From positions 404,023 to 468,022 of the forward strand of contig NIVC01000511.1 of assembly GCA_002269645.1 (NCBI GenBank): a stretch of 64,000 nucleotides of DNA, given 5' to 3'. Position numbers and translations under genes: made by a program. Within the stretch, counting starts at the first letter, position 1. Every line of letters begins with the position of its first letter. Of this stretch, positions 13,051-25,200 are shown in pieces. This DNA is from Macrostomum lignano (lineage: Eukaryota). The notes under the pieces are model-generated. The model saw only the letters and a list, made by a program, of their open reading frames with translations, was not told the origin of the DNA and did not search any database.

Positions 13051-14167
13051 CCCAGAAAAACTTTTAGCGAAACGAATTATCATCTAGCGTACATACCTTA
13101 AGCGCTATTTAAATAAATCAAGTGGTGCCCAAAGACTTCGTGACCTCAGACTGCATTTTCTTGGTTTAAGGTCCCCGGCTGCCGGCGCCCTCCGCAGGGC
13201 CTTGCTCGGACTCACCGCAGGGGACATCAGGGCGGTGACTATGGCCCTCTCAGAGCATGGCTGTTTTGCCAGGCATTGTCATCCTCAGGAGAAATCCGCA
13301 GTGAGAAATGCCCTTTCTGTGTCTCCGGTGTTGAGAAGTGGAGCACTTTGTCGGTGACTCCCGCCTTTGTACACGCATATGCAACACGCATCTGATATTG
13401 TGTATGTATTCCTTTTGTGTTATTGTGTGCCTAAGCTTCTATGCAGTCTAATAAGGACTTTTAATTATAAAATATACCTTACCTTATTTGCCATTGAAAT
13501 ATTAGAATCTTTACTTATTAGCAACAAAAGATAGGGCTTTATTGTACATTTACAAAAGCTATTGTAGCTATTGGTAGCTATGTAGCGTTGACCTATTGCC
13601 GAAGAATTGCCATACTGATTGCTTTGCAGCTGGCCCGGCGTACATACAGGAATTTTCGCACATCAATAGATTGAGTTGACAGATTATTTTTAAAAATTAT
13701 ACTGTACATGGATTTTAGATACGTGCCATGCAGTCTTTGTTATGACTTAATTAAAGATAAATTTGTTCGAAAGTGGCGCTTTTTCAATATAATTTTTACA
13801 TACTTAGAAAGTTTATAAAATATTTTCAGCAAAGGGGAAATTGTACCAAACATTTCTGTAAAAACCAACGAGATGATCTGTGCTATGCACAAGTACGAGT
13901 AGTATGCGTGAATTGTAACTGAGTGATAGAAATCTACATTAAAATAATCAATTTTCATGCATAGACGCAGTTTAACTCATCATGCATAGGACAGAGACAA
14001 GGAGCTAGAATAACAGATAAAACAAAAAAGGGATGAAAAATGTAAAAAATATGTACTTATTTATACATCTTTTTCGTCGTATTTCCTTAAAGTTTAGGAC
14101 ATTTTAGTTCCATCACCAAAAGTGCACATCAAAAGATCGAAATCAAGCAGGGTGGTGTAATTTAAGT

Positions 14168-15959
14168 TCAGCAGATTTTGGGCAGCATGCTTTCCATTTT
14201 CTTCATATCTGCCAGACCCTTGTAACCGAGCTTATAAACTCGTTTTTTTGATCCTTTACCGGTGTCCAGGTACTCAAAATAGTCCGTGTGTTTCTCGCGA
14301 CCAACTCTGCAATGCGAAGAAAGTAGGCTTATGCGAACACGAGAGACTTAAGTGGCAGGAACAATCTGGTAATTCACTGTAATACGCACCTCATCGCCCG
14401 AGCAAACGTGTCATACGTGCTTCTCCTATTTTCCTTCACAATCTGCCACACAGTACCCATTGTTTTCGTGTCTTTAGCCAGGAAATGATTCGTTCTTCTG
14501 TTGCTTGGCTTCCCGTTTTTGTCGCAGAATACCAGAATGTTGTCAAGGTGGTACCTCATCTCACTGTGATGCTCTGTTGATAGCAATATAAAGAGGACTA
14601 CCTGATGCACCTGAAGCTTTCCATTAGAAGAATTTTCCTTGACTTCTTTGTCATAGCGAGCTGTAATTGAAATGCAAGTGTGCGCATGAGTGAATAATAG
14701 GGGCTTTACAATTATTTAGGTCAGAGTTGCAGACAGAAGTGAACTTGTAACGCCCAAACTTACCCAAGCACTCTTTCATGTACTCCACTTTAACTTCAAC
14801 ATCGTGGAAACGTTCTGAAGACGTCTCAGCTGTCGTTGACGTTGTCGATGGTTGTTGCTCCTGGTTCTCTAGCCAGGAATTTTTGCACTCTTCTTTTGTC
14901 GAGTCCTCCTGCTGGGCTGTCATTTGAACGGCTGCCGATTCTGTGATTACCGGAGGGCATTCCGGAGAAGTAGAGGTAGACGGATCGGGTTCCGTTTCGA
15001 CAAAAGCCAATGCGTCACCCAGAGCGTCTGACTGCGCTACCTGGCGCTTCATAGTTACTAGCTGGGGATAATCGCCCTCAATACTCTGAAATTTGTTTGT
15101 TCGAGTTTAAAATTGGTTGATGAAAGTCAAGAAAGTGGTATATGAATAATGAACGTCTATTCAAATGAGTCGTTTTATCGTACCATCATTTCCACTTCGA
15201 CACCCGGCTCAGTAAAGAGTTCGCTCATCAGCTTTTGAAATTCATCATCCCCGGACGGTGTCGAGTCAAACAAAGGGGTCACGTCACTAAACTGCGTGAA
15301 GGTTTTACGCTGATCTAAAAATAGAAACACGAAAGGAGCTTAGGAGGATTGGCGTTCAATTTGTATAGGTCGTACATGGTGCGCTCCAAAGCTGGGTACA
15401 AGATCACTAAGGATGCTTATTTGAAGTGGCTGCATGCTGCTGCAGTCAATGGGGATTTCTAACTTAACTTCAAACAGAACTACACCATCGACAATCGACC
15501 ATCAGCCAATCAAATGGATAATTCCAAGCAGCACTCTTCAGCGTTAACAGTTGTTAACGCGCGTCCAGTTATTAACTAAGCGTTGTACTCGTAAAACTAA
15601 TCATCGGCTAGTTCGTTTTCGGTAATTTTTTCGTCAATATTTTCGACTTCGCTCAGTGTCCGACACTGAGCCAACTAATACAATAACATTTTCTGATGAC
15701 TACGCTTGTACAGTATTCCTGCCAAATCAGTTTGCTAACTTCTCAAGTATCAATTAAGGAGCTTAAACTGACCATTTGTGAGAAACAATACACACTTTTC
15801 AGAAGTTATAGTTTAAACCTCGGGCTTTTATCTCTAAGGAAAGCCTCGCAATCATCTTGTGAGCTAGTGTTAATAACTATCCAATCAATGAGCCTTGCGC
15901 TCCTGACCACGTACTTCATAAACAACTGAAGATAACAACGACTCACCAGCTTGATCCAT
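14168..15959 (-). CDS. Divergent ETS-like (winged-helix) transcription factor, ~291 aa; exons 15947-15959, 15184-15314, 14764-15085, 14390-14660, 14168-14306
   Basis: Phase-consistent GT-AG exons (876 nt). C-terminal GKLQVHQVVLFILL...HFLAKDTKTMGTVWQIVKENRRSTYDTFARAMR...KKRVYKL aligns by eye to the ETS consensus. The N-terminus is acidic and Ser/Thr-rich. The first (13-nt) exon is the least certain. Confidence 0.62.
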
Positions 15960-17116
15960 TCAACCAGGACGCCTAGCTTTATTGAACAAGATATCAGAGT
16001 GCTACCTTGTTGTTGGAAGATTCTGCTTTTGCCGCATGCCGAAAACAGGGCAGCACCTTGTAGCCGAGGCTTTAAATACTACTAAGCTCATTTCTATGGC
16101 ACACGGTAGTACCGTGGCGTCGCCCATGCTTTAACTGCCTATCTGAGAACATACTGATGACGCCTATATCGACGGTTCAGCCAAGGAATTCCCTCAGCAG
16201 TTTGAAATCTGCTTGGATTTTCCAAGCCAAGCCCAGAGGGTACAACCTAGTAGCTAAAAATAGCAATGACAGCCGTGCGGGGGTGGGCGCTGGGTGGGTA
16301 AGGCGCTGGGTGGGTGAGGCGCTGGTACAGCGAACACTCTTGGGTCTATTTTTAGCATTTACGCAAATGACCTTTCCATCCAGAGGCAATCCCTCTGAAA
16401 ATAAGGCCGCTTGTAAAATGTATTTTGATTATAAGGTACAACCCTGATCACCAAAATGTCAAACTCATTGGTGACAACAGAGACAAAAATAAACCGGGAA
16501 AATGGTAATAATTTTCGTTTCACGCTCGCTTTTTGCTATTCATTTCTCGACTCGCTGTGCTCGACTGCTCAGAGCTTGTTACACTATATGGCCTGATGCA
16601 ACGGTTAATTCTATTGGTTCTTGATGAGTCTAGACTCTTCATTCCCAGCATGAAGCTTCTCGCTAAAAAATCTTTAGCGAGTAAGCAAGCGTCAGTTTTT
16701 AGGAACTAAAAAATTGACTATTGTTGTCTTCTGAACAGCAGCAAGCAATAATATACGCTGTCAGTAGGTCTTAAAACGGGAGCAGCGTCACGGGGCTTTG
16801 GCGCAAAAGCAGGCCACCTCGCAGACCAAATCTGCGACGCCGGCGTCAGCCAAATGCGCGCCTTTCCTCACCTGTTGAGTTGGCCGATCGCCTGGCCAAG
16901 GTAATCGGCTCGACCGGGTCTTTTTCTGGTCCCCTGCCTGTGCCCCCTGCTTCCACCGCCGTTGTCACCACTCAGATCAACCAGTGGATTGCATCTGAGA
17001 ATAGGGAGACGTCGCTAACGCCCTGACTGCCGGAAATCCCGCGCCGCTGTCCCCGCCCTCCCCCTCGCATGAACCTGATTGGGCTCAATTCCTCTCGGGT
17101 CAGGGAAACCGAGAAT

Positions 17117-17315
17117 AGACCGCCACAATTTGACCGCCACAAATTGACCGCCATAAACTGACCGCCACAATTCGACCGCCACAAATTGACTGCCACAAAC
17201 TGACCGCCACAATTTGACCGCCACAAACTGACCGCCACAATTTGACCACCTCAATTTGACCGCCACAATTTGACCGGCACAATGTGACTGCAACAATTTA
17301 ACCGCAAAAATTTGA
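17117..17315. repeat. 14-bp minisatellite TGACCGCCACAAAT
   Basis: Tandem copies. Confidence 0.92.
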
Positions 17316-17843
17316 CCTTAATTTGAAATCTTAAATCCCCTGCAATTTCTAGACTTTAAATGAAAACAGTAGTAAGACGTCTGATCGCAACGCATTTAAT
17401 ATGTATTTAAAAAGACTTCATTTCTTTTTAGATAGAAAAAAACTTCATCTCTAAACAAAATTTCATACACAACAAAACAAAGATTACCAAATTTACACGA
17501 ATAATGAAAAAATGAATAAAAATTACGAAAACAAACTGCGAAAACTTCGAAAAAGGTATGTTATACGATAACTGACAAAGTCTAAAGTCTAAGTCTAAAC
17601 TATTAATACTAACAAATCGACAAATGGGGTTTAAGCTACTAGGATTTTACTTTTGTCTGGGATAAACATGCAGATATGCGATTTTAAGAATGATAAATAC
17701 TAGAAAGAGAAATATAAACTTTAAGCTTAAAAAACTATTGTTGTGATAATCAAACGTGACAATTGTGATAATCAAATCAAATCGTTTTGCTTTTTTAACC
17801 AAACAAAACATTAATACGCGTCTAAGCAAACTTTATTTCTACC

Positions 17844-18839
17844 AATGACTCATTGTCCAAAGCTCTGTACTCTACGATCATTATGTTCACACCTATGACT
17901 CATTGTCCAGAGCTCTGTACCCTCTGATCATTATGTTCACACATATGACTCATTGTCCACAGCTCTGTACTCTATGATCATTATGTTCACACCTATGACT
18001 CATTGTCCAGAGTTCTGTACTCTATGATCATTATGTTCACACCTATGACTCATTGTCCAAAGCTCTGTACTCTCTGATCATTATGTTCACACCTATGACT
18101 CATTGTCCAAAGCTCTGTACTCTCTGATCATTATGTTCACACCTATGACTCATTGTCCAAAGCTCTGTACTCTCTGATCATTATGTTCACACCTATGACT
18201 CATTGTCCAAAGCTCTGTACTCTCTGATCATTATGTTCACACCTATGACTCATTGTCCAAAGCTCTGTACTCTACGATCATTATGTTCACACCTATGACT
18301 CATTGTCCAGAGCTCTGTACTCTCTCATCATTATGTTCACACATATGAATCATTGTCCACAGCTCTGTACTCTATGATCATTATGTTCACACCTATGACT
18401 CATTGTCCAGAGTTCTGTACTCTCTGATCATTATGTTCACACCTATGACTCATTGTCCAAAGCTCTGTACTCTCTGATCATTATGTTCACACCTATGACT
18501 CATTGTCCAAAGTTCTGTACTCTACGATCATTATGTTTACACCTATGACTCATTGTCCAAAGCTCTGTACTCTACGATCATTATGTTCACACCTATGACT
18601 CATTGTCCAGAGCTCTGTACTCTCTCATCATTATGTTCACACATATGAATCATTGTCCACAGCTCTGTACTCTATGATCATTATGTTCACACCTATGACT
18701 CATTGTCCAGAGTTCTGTACTCTACGATCATTATGTTCACACCTATGACTCATTGTCCAAAGCTCTGTACTCTCTGATCATTATGTTCACACCTATGACT
18801 CATTGTCCAAAGCTCTGTACTCTACGATCATTATCTTCA
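17844..18839. repeat. 50-bp minisatellite CTATGACTCATTGTCCAAAGCTCTGTACTCTCTGATCATTATGTTCACAC (~20 copies)
   Basis: Period 50 (ACCTATGACT at 18041 and 18091); the last copy overlaps the 3' end of the adjacent ORF. Confidence 0.97.
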
Positions 18840-20235
18840 CAGCTTCGCAGAGCTCGACTGCGCTGTCGGCCAGAGACCTGACGGAGTCCACCAAACCTGT
18901 CAGCTGGTTCCGGGCGTCCTCAGACACTTCAGCTTTCTGAGTGGAGAGCTTCAGCGCTTCTGAATTATCCGGGTACTGGTTCTGACGTGAGAGAGACAGT
19001 GCCGCATCCGCTTTGGAACTTGCATATGAAGTTCCTGCTTTAATACATTCAACCTGAAGTTTTCGATTTTTTTCAACCTTGGCCTGCCTGATACGGGCAT
19101 CTCCGTTTATTTCGTTTACCAACTTCTTCGCCTCGCCTTCAAATGTTTCGAGTCCGTCCCGGAAATTTCCCATTGCCTCCGACAGCCTGACCAAGTTGCT
19201 GCATATCTCTGATAGAATTACTTGCTTCTTTTCGTTTTTTGCTTTCCGTAGTTTCTTCAAGCTCTTCTTCACCTTCTTGACGAGAGTGTTCGATTTAAGA
19301 GTGGTGCTTGGTAGCAGCGGCACTCTCTCGGCCACAGTTGTCAGCGCAGATAGCTTGTCTTTGTACCCGTATTTTGGAGACTTTTTTGTTAGCAGCTTGA
19401 TTTTTTCCTGGATAGCTTTTGTCCGTTTTCGAAAATAGTCTGTGTCGGAGGACTTCAGAGTCGCCAGGGCGCAGGCCTCGCACACGAAGCAGGTTCCGAC
19501 AGAGTGAATCGAAGGTCGAGCCGCTGACAGTTGGCTATCTTGACTCTCTTGACCCCAACCAGAACAGATGCCACACTTCTTATTCCACATATTGGTTGTC
19601 CTCTTCGACCTTCGTACGATCAAATCCTGGTACAGCCCGGCAATTCGCTTGCTTCCGAAGTCCACACACCTGGCATCATCAAGCGTTCTCAGCGGTATCT
19701 TTTTGAAGTAGCCGACCATCTGACGAATGCTGCGGACAGGAATATCGATCTCAGATGCTTCCCTGCCTGCCTGCCCGGTGGAAGCACGCAGCTTTCTCAG
19801 TTCGTCCTCGCTTACCTTTGAGTTCTCGAGGCGAGAATCCAAGTCACCGATAGAGTCACAAATCTTAAGACAAACCTTGACGAGTTCATCCAGGACCGGA
19901 GCCAGCTTCTTGCCGCAGAATTTGAGCTGTGAAGCCTTTTTATTTACACCTGAACAGAGATCTTTTGCTTCTTTGTGGAGCGCTCTGTCCTTCCGTTCGG
20001 CAACTATTCGAAGTTCGAACAGCTTTTTGCATGTCGTCTGGGCAAGACAAATAAGGTCTACGAATGGAAGGATTTCCTTAACTTTAAAATCTTTTGAATT
20101 GATCTTTTTCGTCTCCGTGTCCACCGATTGAATCGAGCGCCACAATTCTTCATTCTTCAGGCATTTCACGAGCTTTAGCACGTTAGAAAGGCATTTGAAT
20201 TCGGCTGACTTTTGTTTAGAAACCAAGCCTCCCAT
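18793..20235 (-). CDS. Intronless orphan protein, 480 aa from the MGGLVSK start; N-myristoylation motif, Lys-rich helical regions, central Cys cluster
   Basis: Uninterrupted non-repetitive 1.48-kb ORF. GCCATGG context at 20235, MGxxxSK, CGIC...CFVCEAC. The ORF-track start at 20277 is a TTG. Confidence 0.75.
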   Translation of the reverse strand: MGGLVSKQKSAEFKCLSNVLKLVKCLKNEELWRSIQSVDTETKKINSKDFKVKEILPFVDLICLAQTTCKKLFELRIVAERKDRALHKEAKDLCSGVNKKASQLKFCGKKLAPVLDELVKVCLKICDSIGDLDSRLENSKVSEDELRKLRASTGQAGREASEIDIPVRSIRQMVGYFKKIPLRTLDDARCVDFGSKRIAGLYQDLIVRRSKRTTNMWNKKCGICSGWGQESQDSQLSAARPSIHSVGTCFVCEACALATLKSSDTDYFRKRTKAIQEKIKLLTKKSPKYGYKDKLSALTTVAERVPLLPSTTLKSNTLVKKVKKSLKKLRKAKNEKKQVILSEICSNLVRLSEAMGNFRDGLETFEGEAKKLVNEINGDARIRQAKVEKNRKLQVECIKAGTSYASSKADAALSLSRQNQYPDNSEALKLSTQKAEVSEDARNQLTGLVDSVRSLADSAVELCEAVKIMIVEYRALDNES

Positions 20236-20509
20236 GGCATCTGCGGCTGATACGAAAGAATCTACAAAATGGTGCAATACAAGTCGTACTTGGATGCTTC
20301 AGCTTCCGCGAGGGCATATACATAGCAGTGCGGATGGGGCTGGGTAACGGCCTGGCCAATGAAATGGAATGGAAGCATGGAAAGGAAAAATAAGGAACTA
20401 AGCTAGCTTAATTTCATCCCCATAACTTGCACAGCTAGACTCGCGCTCCAATACGGAACTAAAAAAGGGAAAGAAAAGTGGGGATAAAAGAGAGAAGAGA
20501 GAATGTAAA

Positions 20510-20510
20510 C

Positions 20511-20545
<35 letters not shown>

Positions 20546-20565
20546 AAAAGAGAGAGAGAGAGCTG
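20510..20565. repeat. (GA)n microsatellite
   Basis: Visible dinucleotide run. Confidence 0.9.
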
Positions 20566-20928
20566 AAAAAGAGACACCAACCTTGAGCGGACGGTATTGC
20601 GAAGAGTCGAAATAACCCGAGGGCCGGATAGAGAGGCTGCGTGGGCCAGGCCACACGTACACCATGGGCCCTGGTGTACGTGTGACTTTTTGCGTGCCAG
20701 AGTTTAAATTAGAACAAGGAACTACAGCAAGCAGATCAAAATTATGGTGTACTTTGGTGAAAGAGGAAGTTCATAAACAAGCAGCAAACCCGGTAGTGCA
20801 CAGAAAGCTAGTCTGCATTTGGGTAGATATTTGTAGCAGTGTGGGCAGTGAGCACCGCCATCCAAATTGGATAAAAAGTTTAATATGCGACTTACGGAAA
20901 CTTACAATCCGGGACATTTCCTCATAAG

Positions 20929-23900
20929 GAGGGGAAGTGCCCGAGGGGAAGTGCCGGAGAGAAATTGCCGGAGGGGAAGTGCGGAGGAGAAATGCGGGAA
21001 GGGAAGTGCGGGTGGAGAAATGCGGGAGGGGAAGTGCGGGAGGGGAAGTGCCGGACGGGAAAGTACGGGAGGGGAAGTGCGGGAGGAGAAATGCGGGGGG
21101 GAAGTGCGGGAGGAGAAATGCGGGAGAGGAAGTGCGGGAGGGGAAGTGCGGGAGGAGAAGTGCGGGAGGGGAAGTGCGGGAGGAAAAGTGCGGGAGGGGA
21201 AGTGCCGGACGGGGAAGTGCAGGCGGGGAAGTGCGGAGGGGAAGTGCGGGAGGGAAAGTGCGGGAGAAGTGCGGGAGGGTAAGTGCGGGAGGAGAAGTGA
21301 GGGAGGGGAAGTGCCGGAGGGGAAGTGCGGAAGAGAAAGTGCGGGAGGGGAAGTGCGGGAGGGGAAGTGCGGGAGGGGAAGTGCCGGACGGGGAAGTACG
21401 GGAGAATTGCCGGAGGGGAAGTGCGGGAGGGGAAGTGCGGGAGAAGTGCGGGAGGGGAAGTGCGGGAGGGGAAGTGCGGGAGAAGTTCGGAAGGGAAAGT
21501 GCTGGAGGGGAAGTGCTGGAGGAGAAATGCGGGAGGGGAAGTGCGGGAGGAGAAATGCGGGAGGGGAAGTGCGGGAGGAGAAATGCGGGAGGGGAAGTGC
21601 GGGTGGAGAAATGCGGGAGGGGAAGTGCGGGAGGGGAAGTGCCGGACGGGAAAGTACGGGAGGGGAAGTGCGGGAGGAGAAATGCGGGACGGGAAGTGCG
21701 GGAGGAGAAATGCGGGAGAGGAAGTGCGGGAGGGGAAGTGCGGGAGGGAAAGTGCCGGAGGGGAAGTGCGGGAGGAGAAATGCGGGAGAGGAAGTGCGGG
21801 AGGGGAAGTGCGGAGGAGAAATGCGGGAAGGGAAGTGCGGGAGGGGAAGTGCGGGAGGGGAAGTGCGGAGGGAAAGTGCGGGAGGGGAAGTGCTGGAGGG
21901 GAAGTGCTGGAGGGGAAGTGCGAGAGGAGAAATGCGGGAGGGGAAGTGCGGGAGGAGAAATGCGGGAGGGGAAGTGCGGGAGGAGAAATGCGGGAGAGAA
22001 AGTGCGGGAGGGAAAGTCCTGGAGGGGAAGTGCGGGAGGGGAAGTGCCGGACGGGGAAGTACGGGAGAATTGCCGGAGGGGAAGTGCGGGAGAGGAAGTG
22101 CGGGAGAAGTGCGGGAGGGGAAGTGCCGGAGGGGAAGTGCGGGAGGGGAAGTGCGGGAGGAGAAGTGCGGGAGAGAAAGTGCGGGAGAGAAAGTGCGGGA
22201 GGGGAAGTGCCGGACGGGGAAGTACGGGAGGGGAAGTGCGGGAGAAGTGCGGGAGGGGAAGTGCCGGACGGGGAAGTACGGGAGGGGAAGTGCGGGAGAA
22301 GTGCGGGAGGGGAAGTGCGGGAGAAGTGCGGGAGGGGAAGTGCCGGAGGGAAAGTGCGGGAGGGGAAGTGCCGGAGGGGAAGTGCAGGAGAGAAAGTGCG
22401 GGAGGGGAAGTGCGGAGAAGTGAGGGAGGGGAAGTGCCGGAGGGGAAGTGCAGGAGAGAAAGTGCGGGAGGGAAAGTGCGGGAAAAGAAGTGCCGGACGG
22501 TGAAGTGAAAGAGGAGAAGTGCGGGAGGAGAAGTTCCGGAGGGGAAGTGCCGTAGGGGAAGTGAGGGAGGGGAAGTGCCGGAGGGGAAGTGCGGGAGGAG
22601 AAGTGCGGGAGGGGAAGTGCGGGAGGAGAAGTGCGGGAGGGGAAGTGCCGGACGGGGAAGTGCAGGCGGGGAAGTGCGGAGGGGAAGTGCGGGAGGGAAA
22701 GTGCGGGAGAAGTGCGGGAGGGTAAGTGCGGGAGGAGAAGTGAGGGAGGGGAAGTGCCGGAGGGGAAGTGCGGAAGAGAAAGTGCGGGAGGGGAAGTGCG
22801 GGAGGGGAAGTGCGGGAGGGGAAGTGCCGGACGGGGAAGTACGGGAGAATTGCCGGAGGGGAAGTGCGGGAGGGGAAGTGCGGGAGAAGTGCGGGAGGGG
22901 AAGTGCGGGAGGGGAAGTGCGGGAGAAGTTCGGAAGGGAAAGTGCTGGAGGGGAAGTGCGGGAGGGGAAGTGCGGAGGGAAAATGCGGGAGGGGAAGTGC
23001 TGGAGGGGAAGTGCTGGAGGGAAAGTGCGGGAGGAGAAATGCGGGAGAGAAAGTGCGGGAGGGAAAAAGCTGGAGGGGAAGTGCGGGAGGGGAAGTGCGG
23101 AGGGAAAGTGCGGGAGGGGAAGTGCTGGAGGGGAAGTGCGGGAGGAGAAATGCGGGAGGGGAAGTGCGGGAGGAGAAATGCGGGAGGGGAAGTGCGGGAG
23201 GAGAAATGCGGGAGGGGAAGTGCGGGTGGAGAAATGCGGGAGGGGAAGTGCGGGAGGGGAAGTGCCGGACGGGAAAGTACGGGAGGGGAAGTGCGGGAGG
23301 AGAAATGCGGGAGGGGAAGTGCGGGAGGAGAAATGCGGGAGAGGAAGTGCGGGAGGGGAAGTGCGGGAGGGAAAGTGCCGGAGGGGAAGTGCGGGAGGAG
23401 AAATGCGGGAGAGGAAGTGCGGGAGGGGAAGTGCGGAGGAGAAATGCGGGAAGGGAAGTGCGGGAGGGGAAGTGCGGGAGAGAAAGTGCGGGAGGGAAAG
23501 TCCTGGAGGGGAAGTGCGGGAGGGGAAGTGCCGGACGGGGAAGTACGGGAGAATTGTCGGAGGGGAAGTGCGGAGGGGAAGTGCGGGAGAGGAAGTGCGG
23601 GAGAAGTGCGGGAGGGGAAGTGCCGGAGGGGAAGTGCGGGAGGGGAAGTGCGGGAGGAGAAGTGCGGGAGAGAAAGTGCGGGAGAGAAAGTGCGGGAGGG
23701 GAAGTGCCGGACGGGGAAGTACGGGAGGGGAAGTGCGGGAGAAGTGCGGGAGGGGAAGTGCGGGAGGGGAAGTGCGGGAGGGGAAGTGCGGAGGGGAAGT
23801 GCGGGAGGGGAAGTGCGGGAGGAGAAGTGCGGAGGGGAAGTGCGGAGGGGAAGTGCGGGAGGGAAAGTGCGGGAGGAGAAGTGCGTGAGGGGAAGTGCGG

Positions 23901-24672
23901 GAGAAGTGCGGGAGCGGAAGTGCGGGAAAAGAAGTGCCGGACGGGGAAGTGCGGGAGGGGAAGTGCGGGAGGGGAAGCGCGGGAGGAGAAGTGAGGGAGG
24001 GGAAGTGCCGGAGGGGAAGTGCAGGAGAGAAAGTGCGGGAGGGGAAGTGCGGAGGGGAAGTGCGGGAGGGGAAGTGCCGGACGGGGAAGTACGGGAGGGG
24101 AAGTGCGGGAGGAGAAATGCGGGAGGGGAAGTGCGGGAGGAGAAATGCGAGAGAGAAAGTGCGGGAGGGAAAGTGCTGGAGGGAAAGTGCGTGAGGGGAA
24201 GTGCGGGAGAAGTGCGGGAGCGGAATTGTGGGAGGGGAAGTGCGGGAGGAGAAGTGAGGAAAGGGAAGTGCCGGACGGGGAAGTGCGGGAGGGGAAGTGC
24301 CGGACGGGGAAGTACGGGAGAATTGCGGGAGCGGAAGTGCGGGAGAAGTGCGGGAGGGGAAGTGCGGGAGGGGAAGTGCGGGAGGAGAAGTGAGGGAAGG
24401 GAAGTGCCGGAGGGGAAGTGCAGGAGAGAAAGTGCGGGAGGAGAAATGTGGGAGGGGAAGTGTGGGAGGAGAAATGCGGGAGGGGAAGTGCGGGAGGAGA
24501 AATGCGGGAGAGAAAGTGCGGGAGGGAAAGTGCTGGAGGGGAAGTGCAGGAGGAGAAGTGCGGAGGGGAAGTGCGGGAGGGGAAGTGCGGGAGGAGAAAT
24601 GCGGGAGGGGAAGTGCGGGAGGGGAAGTGCGGGAGGGGAAGTGCGGGAGGGAAATTGCCGGACGGGGAAGTG
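20929..24672. repeat. 3.7-kb G/purine-rich satellite, ~12-14 bp units GGGGAAGTGCGGGA and variants
   Basis: Very few T or C on the + strand; source of all the 400-1300 aa GGEVREGKC and PPALPLPHF ORFs. Confidence 0.98.
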
Positions 24673-25120
24673 CAAGGACCACTGTATATAGCAGGATGTA
24701 AAACTCAAAGATCGTGTAAATTTATAGAGGTCGATTTCCTGGAAAAAATACACTGCGGAGATAGGAGAAAACCATTTTTTCATTACAAAATGATATTATG
24801 AAAAATAAATATTGACAATCTGATCTGTTAAAATTATAGAAACCTAGTAAAAATGGAATAGAATAGAATAAGAATAAAAAATTAACATCGAATCCTAAGT
24901 TTCTTAACGAAAAGCTTTATAAATATCGATAGAGCAATAAAAAAGGCACAAAATATGAAAAGATGAACACTGAATCTGCCTCCTATCAAACGCAATAACG
25001 ATTTTTGTGCTGAAAAAATGAAAACTTCCTATCTCCGTAGTGTATTTTTTCGGGAAAAAGTGGCCTTCAAAACTTTTCTAAGAAACGAGGTTTCCAGTCC
25101 TTCTACTTAAGTCGTCCTTG
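24673..25120. mobile_element. MITE-like element with ~108-bp imperfect terminal inverted repeats
   Basis: Starts CAAGGAC and ends GTCCTTG. GGAAAAAATACACTGCGGAGATAGGA (left arm) pairs with TCCTATCTCCGTAGTGTATTTTTTCG (right arm). GTG flanks both ends (possible 3-bp TSD). Confidence 0.75.
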
Positions 25121-25200
25121 GTGTCCCACTGGTATACATTTTTATGTATATGCAATGTGCGCATTCAGTGTTGATAGCTAGTGCACAGTCTTGTATGTTC

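Noticed and set aside
13200-13400. CPFC-containing fragment resembling a LINE zinc knuckle or BIR
   Set aside because: Short, lacks the remaining ligands, and has no adjacent RT sequence.
16775-17026. + strand open frame (…SPVELADRLAKVIGST…)
   Set aside because: No start, splice context or recognisable motif.
17844-18839. CRISPR-like regular array (also 27489-27743 and 62500-63995)
   Set aside because: Head-to-tail units with no unique spacers, no cas genes, and a eukaryotic context.
20771-24801. 400-1300 aa ORFs (PPALPLPHF / GGEVREGKC)
   Set aside because: Open in nearly all frames on both strands because the satellite lacks stop codons; not genes.
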